NCBI GenBank assembly: GCA_003641695.1
Contig: QNBL01000001.1
Span: 1-38,235 of the forward strand
DNA length: 38,235 nt
Source of the DNA: Spirochaetota bacterium
Lineage (GTDB): Bacteria; Spirochaetota; Spirochaetia; B11-G9
Reading direction: 5' to 3'
In this document: positions 34,342-38,235 of the stretch, piece after piece
Layout: the number at the start of each line of letters is the position of its first letter
Position numbering within the stretch: position 1 is the first letter of the stretch
Notes under the pieces: generated by a model
Databases searched by the model: none
Seen by the model: the letters and a program-made list of their open reading frames with translations, nothing else
What the model was told of the DNA's origin: nothing
Position numbers and translations under genes: made by a program

Positions 34342-35485
34342 GATCTTCTAAAAGCTCAGTAACATTACTCTGCGAGAGGAACTTTTTAAGTTCTTCCGGG
34401 TTATTAATAATCGAAAGCAGTTCCGATTGTGCCTTTTTCATTGCCTCCATATCCTCAGGGGAAACCTGTATTTCAGCTAAACCGCTTGATTTTGTAATAT
34501 CCTCTATCCGGGATGATATATTTCTGAAAAGAGGCGTGTTCATAAAGGATTCCATCCACGGGAACTCCTCACCGGAGCCTGTTTTAACTGCGAAATCTCT
34601 ATCTGTCTCCAGCTGATTCAGGGTTTTGTTGATCCGTGATTTATCCTCTTTCTCTATGGAGAGAGCATTTATCTGTTCTTTAAGATTTTGAATAATGCTG
34701 TTTTTTTCTGTTATCTCTTTCAAATAGAGTTCATCTTTTCTCTCAATCTGTGACTTGAGGTAACGCAGATAGGTTCCTAGCTCATCTGCACTTCCCGATA
34801 TTCTGTTTAGAATTGATGACAGTCTGAAGAGAATCTCATCATCGGTATAATAGGGATACCGTATAACATGATCAATTTCACCCCATGCTTCTTCAAAGAT
34901 AGTTCTAACCTGAATTTCAACAGGATATTTTTTTCCCCGATACTCAGTATTAATTGTATAATGTACAGACCTGTATCCATAAGGGTGTTCCAGAATTCTG
35001 CACTGATTTTCTCCGTAGTAGTCAATAATTCTCTGGGAATCACCGTTCCTGATGTACGCTGTTGGTTCTTCAATAAAATCCCAGTTATCTTTAATAAACC
35101 GGTGAATCTGAATCCAGTCCTCTTTGAACAGATGAAGCGCCCGTATCCCAATGAGATCTGTAATTTCAGAGCGGTAGTTATCCCTGTTGATTATTCTATC
35201 TCTGGATTTTATCTTTTTCCTGATAATCTTTTCTATTAAATGTTCATCTTTCTTGATTCTGTAATTTATGGAATGCACATGTCTCGATTGAAGGGTTTTC
35301 CCAACAATACTTTTCCCGACTCTTCCCAGTGTACCTTTAATTTTGCCGTAATCCAGAGAGATATCCTTCAATTCTTTCCATTTCAGTCCGCTTCTATCAA
35401 ACTCCAGTGGATCGATGTTAAAATTTTTAAAAAAGTTTTCCTCTTTCATAATTATACAGTAAACACTAATCAGCCTTTTTATCAA
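34325..35485 (-). CDS. RelA/SpoT-domain small alarmone synthetase (RelQ/RelP-like core) with a ~140-aa C-terminal coiled-coil extension
   Basis: Synthetase motifs HSINYRIKKDEHLIEKIIRK, DLIGIR (35141-35158), GYRSVHY (34958-34978) and EIQVRT..EEAWGEIDH (34901-34918). There is no hydrolase (HD) domain. The start is either 35485 or the Met at 35449; neither has a clear SD. Confidence 0.85.
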   Translation of the reverse strand: MIKRLISVYCIIMKEENFFKNFNIDPLEFDRSGLKWKELKDISLDYGKIKGTLGRVGKSIVGKTLQSRHVHSINYRIKKDEHLIEKIIRKKIKSRDRIINRDNYRSEITDLIGIRALHLFKEDWIQIHRFIKDNWDFIEEPTAYIRNGDSQRIIDYYGENQCRILEHPYGYRSVHYTINTEYRGKKYPVEIQVRTIFEEAWGEIDHVIRYPYYTDDEILFRLSSILNRISGSADELGTYLRYLKSQIERKDELYLKEITEKNSIIQNLKEQINALSIEKEDKSRINKTLNQLETDRDFAVKTGSGEEFPWMESFMNTPLFRNISSRIEDITKSSGLAEIQVSPEDMEAMKKAQSELLSIINNPEELKKFLSQSNVTELLEDLNNNQ

Positions 35486-35493
35486 TATAAAAG

Positions 35494-35522
35494 TTGCAGT
35501 TTTTTTGCGATACCGTTACTAT
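35494..35522 (+). promoter_or_regulatory. Candidate promoter for the cupin-suf operon
   Basis: TTGCAG (35494-35499), 17-nt spacer, TACTAT (35517-35522). This would give a very short leader ahead of SD AAGGAGG. Confidence 0.3.
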
Positions 35523-35539
35523 TGGATAAGGAGGATCAG

Positions 35540-35866
35540 ATGTTTTATAAAAAAACTTCAACCGGTTACAAAGAAATGCTTCCCGGAATCAAAATGAAAA
35601 CTCTTGCCTTTGGCACAAAAACCCTGCTTTCGGAATTTAAACTTAATATGGGGACGGTAATTCCGGAGCATCATCACGTTCATGAACAAACAGGTTACCT
35701 GGTTTCAGGTGCTATTAGACTGACCATTAATGATGAGACTTTCGATGTTGTTCCCGGCGACAGCTGGTGCATCGAATCAAATATTCCGCATAGTGTGCAG
35801 GTAATCGAAGATTCTCTTATAATTGAAGTTTTTTCGCCTGTAAGAAAAGAGTATCTTCCTCATTAG
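35540..35866 (+). CDS. Cupin-domain protein (109 aa)
   Basis: Internal ATG at 35540 with a perfect SD, AAGGAGG. Cupin_2 motifs HHHVHEQTGYLVSG...GD....P...PH. The tracked 5' extension runs antisense through the SAS gene. Confidence 0.8.
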   Translation: MFYKKTSTGYKEMLPGIKMKTLAFGTKTLLSEFKLNMGTVIPEHHHVHEQTGYLVSGAIRLTINDETFDVVPGDSWCIESNIPHSVQVIEDSLIIEVFSPVRKEYLPH

Positions 35867-35873
35867 ACAGATT

Positions 35874-36500
35874 ATGAAGGATGTACCCGGAGGATTGTTC
35901 AACCTGGACAGTTTACTGCAGGAAAACTCTCCACAGACTGCAGAGATTCTGCTTGCCTACGCAGGGCTTCTTGCCAATAAAAGAATAACCGATAAAAACG
36001 CTTCACTCTGCCTCCGGATACTGGGTACAAATAACAAAAAAGCTGCAGATATTCTTTTTGGAAACAGCAATCCGGAGACATTCTTCGCAGCTGTTAAACC
36101 TGCCGGACCAGTCATTGAATCCGTATTTAACCTCCTGTCTTCCTTTTATCCAGGGGAGCTTTACGGAAAAACTCTTCTTGCATGCATTGGCTTTCTAAAA
36201 ACTTCCTATTCCTCAAACCTGAATATAACCAGAATATACATGCCTACGACTGAAAATATTCTCCACACTGCCAAATATCTTGTTGCCTGCAGAGATAAAA
36301 CCGCAGACTGCATCGTAGAATTTTTAAAAAATTTATATGGAAATGAGCCCCGTCCTGAAAGTTTAACCTCTTTTTTACCTGAAATTTTTTCTGTATACTT
36401 TGATAATACAAAGAAAATTGATAGTATCTTCCCTGCATCGTTAATCGAAGGAGCTGATAATGGGATCAGTAGTATTAAAGGAACTGACGCTCAAGCTTGA
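35874..36500 (+). CDS. Hypothetical protein (208 aa) between the cupin and sufC
   Basis: It fills the only gap in a co-directional gene string, 7 nt after the cupin stop, and overlaps the sufC start by 41 nt. Four Cys residues (C46, C104, C139-x6-C146). No SD and no recognised motif. Confidence 0.5.
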   Translation: MKDVPGGLFNLDSLLQENSPQTAEILLAYAGLLANKRITDKNASLCLRILGTNNKKAADILFGNSNPETFFAAVKPAGPVIESVFNLLSSFYPGELYGKTLLACIGFLKTSYSSNLNITRIYMPTTENILHTAKYLVACRDKTADCIVEFLKNLYGNEPRPESLTSFLPEIFSVYFDNTKKIDSIFPASLIEGADNGISSIKGTDAQA

Positions 36501-37194
36501 TAACAAGAGGATACTTAATAATCTTTCAATAGAGTTTAAAAAAGGAAAAATTAACGCCGTGGTGGGACAAAACGGGGCAGGGAAGTCCACACTGGCTCAA
36601 ACAATAATGGGACTACCGGATTATTTAAACTTTGAAGGAGATATTCTTCTAGACACTGTTTCATTAAAGGGGAAAAGGCTTCCGGAAAGGGCAAAGCTGG
36701 GAATAACCATGGCCTGGCAGGAACCGGCAAGGTTCAGCGGGATTCCGGTAGGTGATTTTATTAACGCGGGAGCTGATGATAGAAGCAGTGATACGGTAAA
36801 AAAAGCGCTAACCCTGGTGGGACTTTCTTATGATAAGTATAAAAACCGATATGTAGACAAAACCTTGAGCGGGGGAGAGCGAAAGAGAATTGAACTTGCT
36901 TCAATCTCTGCAATGAATCCCAAGGTTGTTCTTATGGATGAACCTGACTCTGGGGTTGATATTGAGGCTGTTTCATACATTTTCGATGTAATACAACACT
37001 TTAAAAGTAGGAATATAACCGTACTTCTCATTACTCACAGTGCTGAGGTGTTACAAAGAGCCGATTACGGTTACATCCTGTGTAACGGGAACCTTATAGG
37101 AGAGGGCAATACAGAAAAAATGCTTGATTATTTTAATGGAAACTGTATCAACTGTGATCATGTGAACAACCCATTTTTCGAGGTGCTGCATTGA
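36460..37194 (+). CDS. sufC: Fe-S cluster assembly ATPase SufC (ABC-type)
   Basis: Walker A GQNGAGKST. Signature LSGGERKRIELA. Walker B VLMDEPDSGVD. H-loop ITHS. No TM partner. GGAG lies 6 nt upstream of the ATG. Confidence 0.9.
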   Translation: MGSVVLKELTLKLDNKRILNNLSIEFKKGKINAVVGQNGAGKSTLAQTIMGLPDYLNFEGDILLDTVSLKGKRLPERAKLGITMAWQEPARFSGIPVGDFINAGADDRSSDTVKKALTLVGLSYDKYKNRYVDKTLSGGERKRIELASISAMNPKVVLMDEPDSGVDIEAVSYIFDVIQHFKSRNITVLLITHSAEVLQRADYGYILCNGNLIGEGNTEKMLDYFNGNCINCDHVNNPFFEVLH

Positions 37195-38129
37195 AAGGTA
37201 AAGAAAAGTTACTGGAGGAGCTGTTATCTTCCATCAAATCACATTCCCATTACTCCCAAGACGATGCTCATCTGGAAGTTGACGGCAACAAAATACTGGC
37301 CAGTGCTACAGTTCCCGGACTTATTATGGATCTTGATGAAACAGAAAACGGCATAGAAGGAGAAATCCGTCTTAAAGCAGGGACGGTCATCGAAAAACCA
37401 GTTCATTTATGTTTTGGAATGATTCCGGAAAACGGAGTACAGAAGATCAACCTTAACGTGGTACTGGAAGAAGATTCAAAAGTTAACTTTCTTACCCACT
37501 GTACCTTTCCAAACGCCATTGAATTAGAACATATAATGAATTCAGAAGTTCATGTTGGAAGAAATGCATCCTATACCTACTTTGAAAAACATACCCATAG
37601 TAATTCCGGAGGAATAAAAGTAATTCCCAAAACCAGGATCCTTTTGGAAGAACACGCCCATTTCAAGACCGAGTTTGAACTTATTAAGGGCAGGGTCGGT
37701 TTTATGGATGTCGATTACCGTGCAGAATGCCATGACAACAGTATTCTTGATATGATCGCCAGAATCAGCGGAAGAAAGGATGATATAATAAAGATACATG
37801 AATCAGGATGGCTGCGCGGCAGACACAGCAGGGGAGTGCTGGCTTCCAGTATCGCTCTTCGGGATGACGCAAAAGCTGAGGTTTTTAGCGAACTGATTGC
37901 AGACGGTGATTTTGCTCAAGGCCATGTGGATTGTAAAGAGATAATTCAGGATCGTGGAGTAGCCCGGGCTGTACCGATAGTTCAGGTAAATAACCCAAAA
38001 GCTCATGTAACCCATGAAGCTGCAATCGGGTCGGTTGATTCAAAACAGCTTGATACTCTGATGTCCAGGGGAGTAAGCGAGGATGATGCTGTCGACATGA
38101 TTATCAAGGGTATGCTGAGAAGAACGTGA
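37191..38129 (+). CDS. SufB/SufD-family Fe-S assembly protein, short form (312 aa)
   Basis: TTG start inside TTGA, overlapping the sufC stop, with GAGGTG 6 nt upstream. C-terminal SufB/D core GHVDCKEIIQDRGVARAVPIVQVNNPKAHVTHEAAIGSVDSKQLDTLMSRGVSEDDAVDMIIKG. Confidence 0.85.
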   Translation: MKGKEKLLEELLSSIKSHSHYSQDDAHLEVDGNKILASATVPGLIMDLDETENGIEGEIRLKAGTVIEKPVHLCFGMIPENGVQKINLNVVLEEDSKVNFLTHCTFPNAIELEHIMNSEVHVGRNASYTYFEKHTHSNSGGIKVIPKTRILLEEHAHFKTEFELIKGRVGFMDVDYRAECHDNSILDMIARISGRKDDIIKIHESGWLRGRHSRGVLASSIALRDDAKAEVFSELIADGDFAQGHVDCKEIIQDRGVARAVPIVQVNNPKAHVTHEAAIGSVDSKQLDTLMSRGVSEDDAVDMIIKGMLRRT

Positions 38130-38132
38130 AAA

Positions 38133-38204
38133 AGCGAGAGACGGGATTTGAACCCGCGACATCCACCTTGGCAAGGTGGAGCTCTACCACTGAGCTACTC
38201 TCGC
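38133..38204 (-). tRNA. tRNA-Gly (anticodon GCC)
   Basis: Reverse complement reads GCGAGAGTAGCTCAGTGGTAGAGCTCCACCTTGCCAAGGTGGATGTCGCGGGTTCAAATCCCGTCTCTCGCT. It has a 7-bp acceptor stem, the anticodon stem-loop CCACC-TTGCCAA-GGTGG and a GTTCAAATC T-loop. CCA is not encoded. Confidence 0.93.
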
Positions 38205-38235
38205 ATTAGCTACTTTTTAAACAATTTTGAAAGAT

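Noticed and set aside
35240-35539. A 100-aa 5' extension of the cupin ORF (tracked as a 208-aa ORF)
   Set aside because: The extension lies antisense to the well-supported SAS gene and has low-complexity, hydrophobic, junk-like sequence. The internal ATG at 35540 has a perfect AAGGAGG SD and yields a normal-sized single-domain cupin.
38133-38235. tRNA-Gly as the attachment site of an integrated element
   Set aside because: There is no integrase, direct repeat of the tRNA 3' end or phage/plasmid gene within the window. The tRNA sits at the window edge, so anything beyond it cannot be assessed.
1-38235. CRISPR arrays, IS elements or transposases, restriction-modification systems, classic two-gene toxin-antitoxin pairs, retron or DGR components
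   Set aside because: Scanning all intergenic regions (the longest is ~160 nt) and all ORFs of 60 aa or more showed no spaced direct repeats. It also showed no protein with the relevant catalytic motifs. The window looks like core chromosome.

Overview
This is a densely packed chromosomal segment, roughly 40% GC by eye, carrying 27 CDS and 1 tRNA. It reads as a spirochaete (Treponema/Spirochaeta-type) core genome rather than an accessory island. All calls rest on motif recognition by eye from the ORF track and DNA; no searches were run.

Recognisable housekeeping genes:
- folD, miaB, an nrnA-like DHH phosphoesterase and mnmA.
- A purA-guaA-MATE-nadE gene string.
- A ppdK-like gene.
- A minimal sufC plus sufB/D pair.
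- tRNA-Gly(GCC).

Envelope and surface genes:
- A 1616-aa secreted protein with a repeat array and a beta-helix.
- A lipoprotein plus an outer-membrane beta-barrel pair.
- An LCP-family protein, a TPR/SPOR protein, a VWA protein and a 516-aa lipoprotein.

I saw no CRISPR array, transposase, integrase, prophage genes or near-identical long DNA repeats.

Items most worth a second look:
1. A 678-aa coiled-coil protein that matches spirochaete CfpA by size and synteny (from memory) and ends in an AT-hook tail. It is followed by an unknown protein with an H1/SPKK-like basic linker.
2. A PPDK homologue with canonical His and PEP domains but a nucleotide-binding domain that has lost its hallmark motifs.
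3. A 9-nt poly-G/C tract inside the VWA gene. A slip of +1 or -1 truncates the protein before its membrane anchor.
4. A monocistronic RelQ-like small alarmone synthetase with a ~140-aa C-terminal extension.
5. A cupin / unknown ORF / SufC / short SufB/D operon.
6. An orphan molybdo-hydroxylase large subunit.
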